From an uncultured Bacillales bacterium (GTDB taxonomy: Bacteria; Bacillota_I; Bacilli_A; RF39; UBA660): DNA of 64,000 nucleotides. Both the position numbers and the translations under genes were made by a program. The notes beneath the pieces were generated by a model. It ran no database searches. It worked only from the letters and a program-made list of their open reading frames with translations, and was not told where the DNA came from. This document shows, piece after piece, positions 16,861 to 25,188 of the stretch (position 1 is the stretch's first letter; every line of letters starts with the position of its first letter). The DNA is taken from NCBI GenBank assembly GCA_946536225.1, contig CAMNEE010000002.1:309584-373583 (forward strand), given 5' to 3'.

Positions 16861-17184
16861 ATGAATAATAGATATTTAATACCTGCCAATACTAAACGTT
16901 CTATGTTGATTTTAGGATTATTTACTAAGGTAGACCTAGTGATATTTATTGTAGGTGTCGTACTAACAATTATGCTTATGATGATTGTTGGCTCCGACAC
17001 CCCACTGGCTATCGGTGTTAATTTAGCACCATTATTAATCACTACTATCATGGTAGCCCCTGTACCAAATCATAGAAATGTTTGGAATTTTACGGTAAAT
17101 GTTTATACATTTTTTGCTAATCAAAGAAAATATAGATGGAGAGGTTGGTGTATGTTACATGGCGAAGACGAAGAATCAAAGTAG
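16861..17184 (+). CDS. PrgI-family (VirB3-like) small membrane protein
   Basis: MNNRYLIPANTKRSMLILGLFTKVDLVIFIVG... gives two TM helices and a basic tail (RKYRWRG). It lies immediately upstream of VirB4, as PrgI/ConD do. Confidence 0.65.
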   Translation: MNNRYLIPANTKRSMLILGLFTKVDLVIFIVGVVLTIMLMMIVGSDTPLAIGVNLAPLLITTIMVAPVPNHRNVWNFTVNVYTFFANQRKYRWRGWCMLHGEDEESK

Positions 17185-17749
17185 TGGATCTACAAAGTTT
17201 ACAGAAGACTGGTTACCTATAATTGATATCAAAAATGGGTATATTAGAGTAAAAGGTGAAGGAATATTAGGAGGGGAGCAATATGTTACAGGTGTACGTA
17301 TTGAACCTAAAAATATCTTTATCACTGATACACAAAATCAAAATTTAGTAATTTCATCACTTATGGATTTCTATAATACGATGCATACTGAATTCTGGTT
17401 AGTATGTTGTGATAGACCTGTTGATATCAATTTATATAAATCAGAACTTGAAATAATGTTAAACGAAACACAAAGTCCACAAATAAGAAAATTAATTTCT
17501 GAAGATATTCGTAAATGTGAACAATTCAGTGGTCCTACATATAATTCTGTAGATACTGAATTCTACATACTTGTTAAAGATAGCGTTAAAAATATTGATA
17601 AATTACAAAAGGTTGTTTCTCAAATGATAGCTGGACTAGCACAAAGTCAATTAAATTCACGTCAAATAACAGATGAAGATGCAAGAGTAATTCTTGATAG
17701 TTTCTTTAATGACGGATTAAGAACAGAATTTGGAACGGTGATGAGTTAA
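17159..17749 (+). CDS. VirB4-family protein, N-terminal fragment as a separate ORF
   Basis: FTEDWLPIIDIKNGYIRVKG..YVTGVRIEPKNIFITDTQNQ...FWLVCCDRPVDINLY follows the pattern at the N-terminus of Gram-positive VirB4 (Tn916 Orf16-type). The start is ATG 17159, after ggagaggttggtg. Confidence 0.65.
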   Translation: MAKTKNQSSGSTKFTEDWLPIIDIKNGYIRVKGEGILGGEQYVTGVRIEPKNIFITDTQNQNLVISSLMDFYNTMHTEFWLVCCDRPVDINLYKSELEIMLNETQSPQIRKLISEDIRKCEQFSGPTYNSVDTEFYILVKDSVKNIDKLQKVVSQMIAGLAQSQLNSRQITDEDARVILDSFFNDGLRTEFGTVMS

Positions 17750-19542
17750 TGGCAAAACCTACATTTAAAAGTGAAATTGCACCTAAAGGGTTGAATTTTA
17801 AACCTAGACAATTTGAAATAGGTGACAAGTTCGCAGTTATTTATACAGTATTAGAATTTCCTTCAGTCATTGGACCTGGATATTTAAGCAATATTTCTTC
17901 AATTCCAGGAGCAAAAGTTGTTGTTAAACACATTCCAATTGACTTTTCGGTAATGCAAAGAGCTATCAATAAAGAAGTAATAGAGTTAAAAGAAGAATAT
18001 CAAAAAGAAAACGACTTAACATTTAAAGAGAGAATTAGAAATGACTATGAATCTCTTGAAAACTTTGTTTCAATGCTTGCATCAACTCAATCAAAAGTAT
18101 TTGATTTCCAATTACATATAATGATTACAGCTGATTCTCAAGAAGAATTAGATGCAAGAAAAGTTCAAGTTAAAAATTATTTAGTATCGCTTCAAATGAG
18201 AGCAATACCAATGATGTTTGAACAAGAAAAATGTTTAAAATCAATGATTCCTGTGTTCCCATCACAAGATATTGAAAAGAGAATTGGTGTTCCAATACCA
18301 TCTCCAACAATAGCTGCTATGTATCCATATGTATTCGATAGCATTAAGGATACTGGAAGGGGTACATTACTTGGAATGGACTCATCTGGTGGTGTAGTTT
18401 TATTCAACCAATTCTTATATCAAAAGAAGAAAGAGCAAAATAGAAATAATGCTAACCTAATCATTCTAGGTACATCTGGTTCAGGTAAATCTACAACTGC
18501 TAAACTACTTCTTCGTGGTCATATTAGAAATGAATATCAAATCATTTGTATTGACCCTGAAGGTGAACTTGAATCAATGGCAAAAACATTTGGTGGTTCA
18601 TTCGTAGATTTAGGTAAAGGTGGATCATATGGTATGATTAATCCACTTGAAATAGTTGCTGATACAGATGAAGGCGATGATGGTGCACATGCAGGTAACT
18701 CAATATTAACAAGTGCATTACAATCAGTAAGAGCATTCATGAAATATTATGTTCCTGATATTGAAGATGATGTACTTCAAATGTTTAGTGAAGTTTTACA
18801 AGAAACTTATAAACGTTTTGGAATAGATTATGAATCTGATTTCACTAAGATGAAGAGTGAAAACTATCCAACATTTGATGATGTTTATACAACAGTAAAA
18901 GGTAAGTTAATAGCAATGCCTGAAGCAACTCGTGAAAGAGATGTAATGGAAAGACTAGAACTTAGAGTTAGACCTTTTATCAATGAAGCAAGATATTATT
19001 TTAATGGTCACACAACTATTAAATCTGATTCAAACTTTATTGTATTTAGTATTAAAAACTTAATGAATGGTGATATTAATACTCGTAATGCACTATTCTT
19101 TAACATATTAAAATATGCATGGAGCTTAAGTTTAGACAAGTCAGTTAACTCTGTAATGTACGTTGATGAAGCTCACGTATTATTATCAGGAAGCAATGAA
19201 CTTGGAGCTGATTACTTAGCTCAAATGCAAAGACGTGCTAGAAAATATAACACTGGTACAATAATTGTTACACAACAACCTACAGACTTTGCAGCAGAAA
19301 AGATTATTACTCAAGGTAAAGCAATTTTCGATAATGCTTCATACTATTTAGTAATGGGTCTTAAGAAACAAGCTGTTGAAGACTTAGCTAAGTTAATAGA
19401 TTTAAATGATGCTGAAAAAGAAAGTATCAAAACATATCCACAAGGAAGAGGTTTATTCGTATGTGGATCTAGAAGAATGATAATAGACGTTGTACTTACA
19501 CAAGATGAATTAGATTCATTCGGTGGAGGCGGCGGCCTATAG
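17749..19542 (+). CDS. virB4: VirB4-family T4SS ATPase (main body)
   Basis: It has Walker A ILGTSGSGKSTTAKLL, Walker B VMYVDEAHVLL and IIVTQQPTDF. The N-terminal IAPKGLNFKPRQFEIGDKF...EFPSVIGPGYL is typical of TrsE/VirB4. The start overlaps the upstream stop (TAATG). Confidence 0.85.
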   Translation: MAKPTFKSEIAPKGLNFKPRQFEIGDKFAVIYTVLEFPSVIGPGYLSNISSIPGAKVVVKHIPIDFSVMQRAINKEVIELKEEYQKENDLTFKERIRNDYESLENFVSMLASTQSKVFDFQLHIMITADSQEELDARKVQVKNYLVSLQMRAIPMMFEQEKCLKSMIPVFPSQDIEKRIGVPIPSPTIAAMYPYVFDSIKDTGRGTLLGMDSSGGVVLFNQFLYQKKKEQNRNNANLIILGTSGSGKSTTAKLLLRGHIRNEYQIICIDPEGELESMAKTFGGSFVDLGKGGSYGMINPLEIVADTDEGDDGAHAGNSILTSALQSVRAFMKYYVPDIEDDVLQMFSEVLQETYKRFGIDYESDFTKMKSENYPTFDDVYTTVKGKLIAMPEATRERDVMERLELRVRPFINEARYYFNGHTTIKSDSNFIVFSIKNLMNGDINTRNALFFNILKYAWSLSLDKSVNSVMYVDEAHVLLSGSNELGADYLAQMQRRARKYNTGTIIVTQQPTDFAAEKIITQGKAIFDNASYYLVMGLKKQAVEDLAKLIDLNDAEKESIKTYPQGRGLFVCGSRRMIIDVVLTQDELDSFGGGGGL

Positions 19543-19559
19543 AATTAGGCGGTGATCTT

Positions 19560-21902
19560 ATGAAGTGTTTAACTAGAAAAAAGATAATGCTATTACTAAG
19601 AAGTGTTTTCGTAATAGCACTTTTTTCGGTTGCAGTATTTAATATGATGCCTGTTAAAGCAGATAAAGATTACAGTCAATTTGACTTTAACACATTAGAA
19701 GAACAAAATAAGGATAGATGGTTAGCGTATTGTAATGATGCATTTGTTGAATACGGAAAAAAAGAACAAGAAAAGTGTTATGATACGCTTACTGCTAATT
19801 TAAAGAAATTTTATGAAAAAATGTATAAGATACTATCTAAGTATCAAGAAAGGGATCTTTATATTAATGACCAAGTAATTCTTTGGACAGTATTCTTTAG
19901 TCAGTTTTCTACACCTTCAACAGATGCAGACAGTCACAAAGTAAACGCTGATGATAATTTATCTTTATATGAGCAATTTGCAAAAGACTACTTTGGCTTT
20001 AACTTAGATGAATCAGATGGAAGTGATGTATCAGTTGATGTTGACTATTCAAAGATAGATTATTATGCAAAAGAAACAGATACATTAAAAACGCTTATTA
20101 GAAATGCTGTAGCATATGCAACAGTTTGTTATGGTGTAAATGGAACACCAACAGTTACAACTGCTGAGGATGGGTCTAAACATTATGAGTGTCAAGATGG
20201 CTATGCAGCATACGATAATATAGTTGGAGAAAGTGGGTATGTATGTGCCCAAAAAATTAGCTATAACGAAATGGGATTCTGGAAATATTTCACTAGTAAA
20301 ATAGCTCATGATGAGCGCTTAGGAATATTCCAAAATGTTTTCTTCCTAGGAAAACTATTCCCTGATCCACATTATGATGAGTGTATTGCAAAAGAAGGAT
20401 ATGAAAGAGTTCATTATCAATATGAAGATGATCCTCATGTAAGTTACACAATGTATTTTGATTTCTTGAAAGAAAATAGATATTTTGATGGTAAATCAAA
20501 TTTACAATATTATTTTGAAGACGTACTTATGCTTGCAGATGTTGATTGCTTGATGGATGATGTTTGTGAAAATTCTTTACAAGCAAAAGATGCAGAAAAC
20601 CCAGGTGAATATGACAAATGGGAAGAACGTTTGATGCAAGATAGATTAAAAATTATTTATGATATATTAGAGTTCCTAGATTATTATGGAATAGGAATTG
20701 AATATGCAGCCTTTATACCTGAAAGTAAACTTATTCCAGGTGGAGGTGCAGGGGATAGAACAGCATATTATTGGCCAATTGGTAGTGATGCTACTGAGGA
20801 AAGAGATGGTATTACTTATGCTGATAAAGACCCAGCTAGTACAACTATTACAAGTTATTTTGGTAAAAGAACTCACCCAATTACAGGCGAAGAACATACT
20901 CATACTGGTATAGATATAGCTGGTAAAAGAGGAGAAACAAATGTAATAGCTTCTGAAAAAGGTGAAGTTATATCAATTGTTAATACATGTACTGAAGGAG
21001 ACTTAAAATGTGGAGGAGGATATGGTAATCATATTATCATTTCTCATAACGATGGATATTTCACATTATATGGTCACTTAGCTTCTGTTGATCCAGCAGT
21101 AAATGTTGGTGGAAGTGTTATGAAAGGACAAGTTATTGGTAAAGTTGGTTCAACTGGTAATTCAACTGGACCACACTTACACTTTGAAGTAAGAAAAGAT
21201 ACTAACTCATCATCACACGCAATTGATCCACTTACAATATTAAGTGTTTCACAACCTCGTCCAACTGGCTATAAAGGTGGAGACTTCTCAATGAGAAAAA
21301 CTGCTTTATCAAAAGAAGAATTTGTTTCAGCATTAAAAAATTATTGTAATTCTGGTAAATGTAATGGAAGCAAGGGTCTACAATATTTTGCTGAAAGAGC
21401 AGAAACAATTTATGATTTGTCTACTCAAAATGGTTTGAATCCAGAATTTACTGTAGTACGTGCTATATCTGAAGGATTCTCTCCACATTTCACATGTAAT
21501 AGTAGTTCAAATAACCATTGGGGTATTGGATGCTCTAATGGTGGAGGATGTGGAGCATGTTCAAAATATTCAAGTTTTGAAAATGGTATTGTAGGACTTT
21601 CAAATTTAGGAATTGTCAAAAAATATGATTCAGCTCTTGAAGTATTTACAAAAGGACATTATGCATATATTGGTGATAGATGGTTATCCCCAGGTAATTC
21701 TGCTGATGGTGGTTGTTATTATTTCCCACATATTAAAGAATACTATACCGATACAGCAAGACGAGCAGAAGTAGAAAGTGCTTGTTCTAGAAGTTGTAGT
21801 GGTTCGTCATGTTTAAAGACAAATGATGCAGACCAAGAAGCTTATGGATATTATCAAATACGTGGTATGACTAAAGCAAGATATAACATTTGGGGATTGT
21901 AG
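19560..21902 (+). CDS. Secreted T4SS cell-wall hydrolase: N-terminal unknown domain + M23 endopeptidase + GH73/FlgJ-like lysozyme domain
   Basis: The signal peptide ends ..MPVKA/DKD. The M23 motifs are HTHTGIDIAG, GYGNHIIISH and GPHLHFEVR. The C-terminal AISEGFSP...NNHWGIG resembles the glucosaminidase E / NxxFGIK motifs. About 20 Cys are present. Confidence 0.75.
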   Translation: MKCLTRKKIMLLLRSVFVIALFSVAVFNMMPVKADKDYSQFDFNTLEEQNKDRWLAYCNDAFVEYGKKEQEKCYDTLTANLKKFYEKMYKILSKYQERDLYINDQVILWTVFFSQFSTPSTDADSHKVNADDNLSLYEQFAKDYFGFNLDESDGSDVSVDVDYSKIDYYAKETDTLKTLIRNAVAYATVCYGVNGTPTVTTAEDGSKHYECQDGYAAYDNIVGESGYVCAQKISYNEMGFWKYFTSKIAHDERLGIFQNVFFLGKLFPDPHYDECIAKEGYERVHYQYEDDPHVSYTMYFDFLKENRYFDGKSNLQYYFEDVLMLADVDCLMDDVCENSLQAKDAENPGEYDKWEERLMQDRLKIIYDILEFLDYYGIGIEYAAFIPESKLIPGGGAGDRTAYYWPIGSDATEERDGITYADKDPASTTITSYFGKRTHPITGEEHTHTGIDIAGKRGETNVIASEKGEVISIVNTCTEGDLKCGGGYGNHIIISHNDGYFTLYGHLASVDPAVNVGGSVMKGQVIGKVGSTGNSTGPHLHFEVRKDTNSSSHAIDPLTILSVSQPRPTGYKGGDFSMRKTALSKEEFVSALKNYCNSGKCNGSKGLQYFAERAETIYDLSTQNGLNPEFTVVRAISEGFSPHFTCNSSSNNHWGIGCSNGGGCGACSKYSSFENGIVGLSNLGIVKKYDSALEVFTKGHYAYIGDRWLSPGNSADGGCYYFPHIKEYYTDTARRAEVESACSRSCSGSSCLKTNDADQEAYGYYQIRGMTKARYNIWGL

Positions 21903-21910
21903 GTGATAGT

Positions 21911-22462
21911 ATGGCTCAAGAAAAAATAACAAAAGAAGAGAAAAAAGTTTTAAGTATTTGGGCAAGCGTGGTAGTAGTATTAGTTGTAGTATTATTAATA
22001 CTAAACCACTTTTTCCCAATTAAAACACTTATTAATTCTCTATATGGAAAAAATACTGAAATAATAAATAAATATACAATAATTGGAGACTATTCCAGAT
22101 ACTCAACCGTATCTGGAGCTCTTCAAAAGTATTATTCATTTGTTAATGCAAAAGATTATGATTCAGTAATTAAAATATTAAATGAAGAGTACGTTAAAGA
22201 TAATAAAATTACAAAAGATAATATAGAAGATTTTATTTCATTCCCTGATGATAAATATGTAACATTTGACCCAAATATAATGTATAGAAAATCTCTTAAA
22301 GAAGGAGTTTATTCATATATTATGGATGGAGAAATAGAAGAAAGAGATACAGGGGACGTACTTGGAAAAACATACTATCAAGTTATACTTGATGGTAATA
22401 CATTCTTGTTTAGTGTAAAACCTCTTACAGAAGAAGAATATGGAGGTCTTAAAAATGAATAA
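21911..22462 (+). CDS. Small bitopic T4SS-operon protein (possible VirB8-like/NTF2-like)
   Basis: One TM helix (IWASVVVVLVVVLLIL) is followed by a ~140-aa ectodomain with an NTF2-like opening (ALQKYYSFVNAKDYDSVIKILNEEY). The function is inferred from context only. Confidence 0.4.
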   Translation: MAQEKITKEEKKVLSIWASVVVVLVVVLLILNHFFPIKTLINSLYGKNTEIINKYTIIGDYSRYSTVSGALQKYYSFVNAKDYDSVIKILNEEYVKDNKITKDNIEDFISFPDDKYVTFDPNIMYRKSLKEGVYSYIMDGEIEERDTGDVLGKTYYQVILDGNTFLFSVKPLTEEEYGGLKNE

Positions 22463-22964
22463 GAAAGTAGTTAAAGAATTTATTAAAGAAAATTTTATAT
22501 GGTGTTTCTTGTTAGTATTCGTAATCTTTGGATTAGGTGGTGCAAAACTTTACAACTACATTAATAATAAAGTAGTTGATAGTAGAACATATGAAAAGCA
22601 AGATATAAATATTGAATATGAACCTAAGAATTACGAAGTTAATCAATATAAAGTTATTGAAAGAACAGATGAAGAATTAGCAGAATTCTATTATGATCAA
22701 ATAAAGAAGATGTGGATTAATAATCCAGGTGAACTATATGATAGAATGACTGAAAAAGCTAAATCTTTAAATGGAACAAGAGAAGAATTTATTAAAAAGA
22801 TATCTAAATATGTAACTTCCCAAACTCCATCATCAAAAGTAGCATTCTACAGAGTTGAAAATGGAAGTGTAGTTATATTAACAAATGAGAAGATGGAAAT
22901 AATATTAGATACAAACGGAATTAATAATTATAAAATATCATTAATGGCTCAATCAACAAGATAA
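22455..22964 (+). CDS. Small bitopic T4SS-operon protein, same architecture as the preceding ORF
   Basis: The start ATG 22455 lies 7 nt after ggaggt and overlaps the upstream ORF by 8 nt. One TM helix is followed by a ~130-aa ectodomain. Confidence 0.4.
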   Translation: MNKKVVKEFIKENFIWCFLLVFVIFGLGGAKLYNYINNKVVDSRTYEKQDINIEYEPKNYEVNQYKVIERTDEELAEFYYDQIKKMWINNPGELYDRMTEKAKSLNGTREEFIKKISKYVTSQTPSSKVAFYRVENGSVVILTNEKMEIILDTNGINNYKISLMAQSTR

Positions 22965-22983
22965 AAAGAAAGGAGATGGTATC

Positions 22984-24405
22984 ATGAATCCAGGAGCAAT
23001 AGCAAATGCAGCAGGATCTGCAGCCGGTAGTGCTGCAACAAACGCTGCAGGTAATGTCGCAAGTAATGCTGCAAGCAATGTTGCTAACAATGCAGGAAAT
23101 ATTGCAGGTAAAGCCGCCGCCACAAATGTTCCACAACAACCAAAAGTTGGTGCTACTGCACCAGAACCTGGTGCTTCTACTGGTACCGCTCCTAGTATTG
23201 ATTCTGCTCCAGAAGGTGGTAACAGTACTCTTGATAAAGTAAAAGATGCTGCTGAAAAGACAGACCAATTATCTGGAGATGAAAACCAAAATGGTGTTCA
23301 AGCAGGTGAAGGTGAAGAAGGACCTAAACCTGGAGATAAAGTTGATACAGGTAAAAAGATTGGTGAAGATGGACAAGTCGAGGATTCATCTACAGCTAAA
23401 TCAATAAAAGCAGCAGGAAGAGTTGTTGCAAGAGTATACGGTGGTGAAGCTGGAGGCCAAGCTGCTGATATGGTTGCTAAAAGTAAACTAGGAGATAAAG
23501 CGATAGGAGTTGTTTCTGACGTTGCTGATAAAGCACCAGGAGTTAAACAAGCAACAGAAGTGCTAGATAAAGCAGGTATTGCTGATGGTGTTAATGATGC
23601 ACTTGATACTTATGAAAAAGCAAAAAGTGGAGATTTAAAAGGTGCAGCAGAATCTGCAAAGAAAACTAAAAAAGATTTAAAGAAAACAAAAAAATTCATG
23701 TTGCCTTTTATTATACTTGGTTCTCTACCAATTATAATACCAGCAATTGCAGTTATAGCAGTTGTTGCTGTCGCTGCTCAATCACTTAGTTTTGAATCTA
23801 CTAAATCCACAGAAGATATATATCAAAATATGTATTATTATGAATGGCCTGAACATCCTGAAAATGAATCTGGTGAAGGTGGTGGAGGAGAATCAGGACC
23901 ATCTTATGGTGGAGATTATGAAGGTGAAGCTGCAAAAGTACCAAAAAGTGAAAGAATGAAATGGTTATTCCCTGATGGAGTACCAACTACGGAATCAGAA
24001 ATGCAAAAATATTTAAGTTCAATATCTGTTCCTATATGGACTGGATCTGGTACATCAACAATGAATTTAAGAATTCATTCAAAACTTGCTTCTACATATC
24101 AAAAGATATTTGAAGAAATGGCAGCAATAAAGTTCCCAGTTGATCCTAGATGTACAGGAGGATATAATTGGAGACCAATGTCAACAAATCCAAATAAACA
24201 ATCTTACCATAGTTATGGATCAGTTGTAGACCTTAACTGGACTTATAATCCTTTAGTATATGGTACTGGTAATCCTTACTTAGGTATTTCTCCATATGCA
24301 ATAACTCAAGATGTAGCTAACATTTGGAAAAAGTATGGATTCTATTGGGGTGGAGATTGGACTTCATACCAAGATTACATGCATTTTACTTATACAAATA
24401 ATTAA
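22984..24405 (+). CDS. Membrane-anchored peptidase M15 (VanY/endolysin-like, M15_4-type) with long low-complexity N-terminal arm
   Basis: The C-terminus has SYHSYGSVVDLNW and YWGGDWTSYQDYMHFTY (zinc-ligand motifs SxHxxGxAxD and D..H). A central TM helix is preceded by KKTKKDLKKTKK. The N-terminal ~235 aa are Ala/Asn/Gly repeats followed by charged low complexity. Confidence 0.75.
   Translation: MNPGAIANAAGSAAGSAATNAAGNVASNAASNVANNAGNIAGKAAATNVPQQPKVGATAPEPGASTGTAPSIDSAPEGGNSTLDKVKDAAEKTDQLSGDENQNGVQAGEGEEGPKPGDKVDTGKKIGEDGQVEDSSTAKSIKAAGRVVARVYGGEAGGQAADMVAKSKLGDKAIGVVSDVADKAPGVKQATEVLDKAGIADGVNDALDTYEKAKSGDLKGAAESAKKTKKDLKKTKKFMLPFIILGSLPIIIPAIAVIAVVAVAAQSLSFESTKSTEDIYQNMYYYEWPEHPENESGEGGGGESGPSYGGDYEGEAAKVPKSERMKWLFPDGVPTTESEMQKYLSSISVPIWTGSGTSTMNLRIHSKLASTYQKIFEEMAAIKFPVDPRCTGGYNWRPMSTNPNKQSYHSYGSVVDLNWTYNPLVYGTGNPYLGISPYAITQDVANIWKKYGFYWGGDWTSYQDYMHFTYTNN
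22993..23130 (+). repeat. Coding low-complexity repeat (GCN/AAT/GGN-rich; Ala-Asn-Gly repeats)
   Basis: It translates to AIANAAGSAAGSAATNAAGNVASNAASNVANNAGNIAGKAAATN, with degenerate 15-18-nt periodicity visible in the DNA. Confidence 0.7.
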
Positions 24406-24422
24406 AAGAAAGAGTGATTTAT

Positions 24423-25091
24423 ATGAATAATAAGAAAGTATATGTTATGGTTTTAATTCTTTCTTTTTTTGTTTTAGGAATATACTCAATTAATTCCTTA
24501 AATACGCCAACAACAAATATTAATATTAATGTTAAAACTTATTTTGATGAAAACTACTTACCAATTGAACAAGTATTTGATGAATATGAACATATAGATG
24601 ATATACTAGTTGATAACAAATGGGATATTAGTTCAAGTGAATATATAAAGTTTGATCAATCTACAGCAAGAATATATAAATATGATGAAGAAGGAAAAGA
24701 AATTGGTAGATATTCATATAGTATTATAGAAACTCTAGGAATTAATAAGAGTACAACTGAAAAAACAGATTTATCAATACTTTATAAAATGACTATTAAT
24801 AATCAACCACAAGATGTATATATGACAATAGTTACAGAAGATCCAAATACAAAAGTATTATCTTATTATCTAAAATGTGATTATTTTTCAAACAGTTCAG
24901 TAAAAATGGATAATACAACAATAAAAGTAGAACCATCTACTGTTGAAGAAGAAACAGCTACTGTTACAAATGAAAAAGAAAAGAAAATAAATAGTATATA
25001 TTTAATTGTAATTGGAGTATTTGCTATTATACTTTTAATTGCAATAATATTTGTTTTATTAAAGTTTGCAAGTGCAGCTAATAAGTATTAG
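24423..25091 (+). CDS. Hypothetical T4SS-operon protein with N- and C-terminal TM anchors
   Basis: It has an N-terminal signal/anchor (VMVLILSFFVLGIY), a ~170-aa ectodomain and a C-terminal TM helix (IYLIVIGVFAIILLIAIIFVLL). No sorting motif is present. Confidence 0.5.
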   Translation: MNNKKVYVMVLILSFFVLGIYSINSLNTPTTNININVKTYFDENYLPIEQVFDEYEHIDDILVDNKWDISSSEYIKFDQSTARIYKYDEEGKEIGRYSYSIIETLGINKSTTEKTDLSILYKMTINNQPQDVYMTIVTEDPNTKVLSYYLKCDYFSNSSVKMDNTTIKVEPSTVEEETATVTNEKEKKINSIYLIVIGVFAIILLIAIIFVLLKFASAANKY

Positions 25092-25188
25092 TTGACACTC
25101 CAGTAAGCAGTAATGTTATTATCTAAGCATAAATTTATAGAAAAAAGAACGAAAGTATATTATACTATTCGGTGAAAGAAGGGTTATT

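Noticed and set aside
22993-23130. Periodic GCN/AAT repeats, considered as a non-coding tandem repeat or CRISPR-like array.
   Set aside because: The repeats are degenerate and in frame. They translate to an Ala/Asn/Gly low-complexity region that is continuous with a motif-supported M15 protein. There is no spacer/repeat architecture.
19560-24405. The M23, GH73-like and M15 lysins interpreted as a prophage lysis module.
   Set aside because: There are no holin, terminase, portal, capsid, tail or phage-regulator genes anywhere in the window. The lysin genes are embedded between VirB4 and VirD4 in one operon, and one of them carries a signal peptide and the typical T4SS-hydrolase position.
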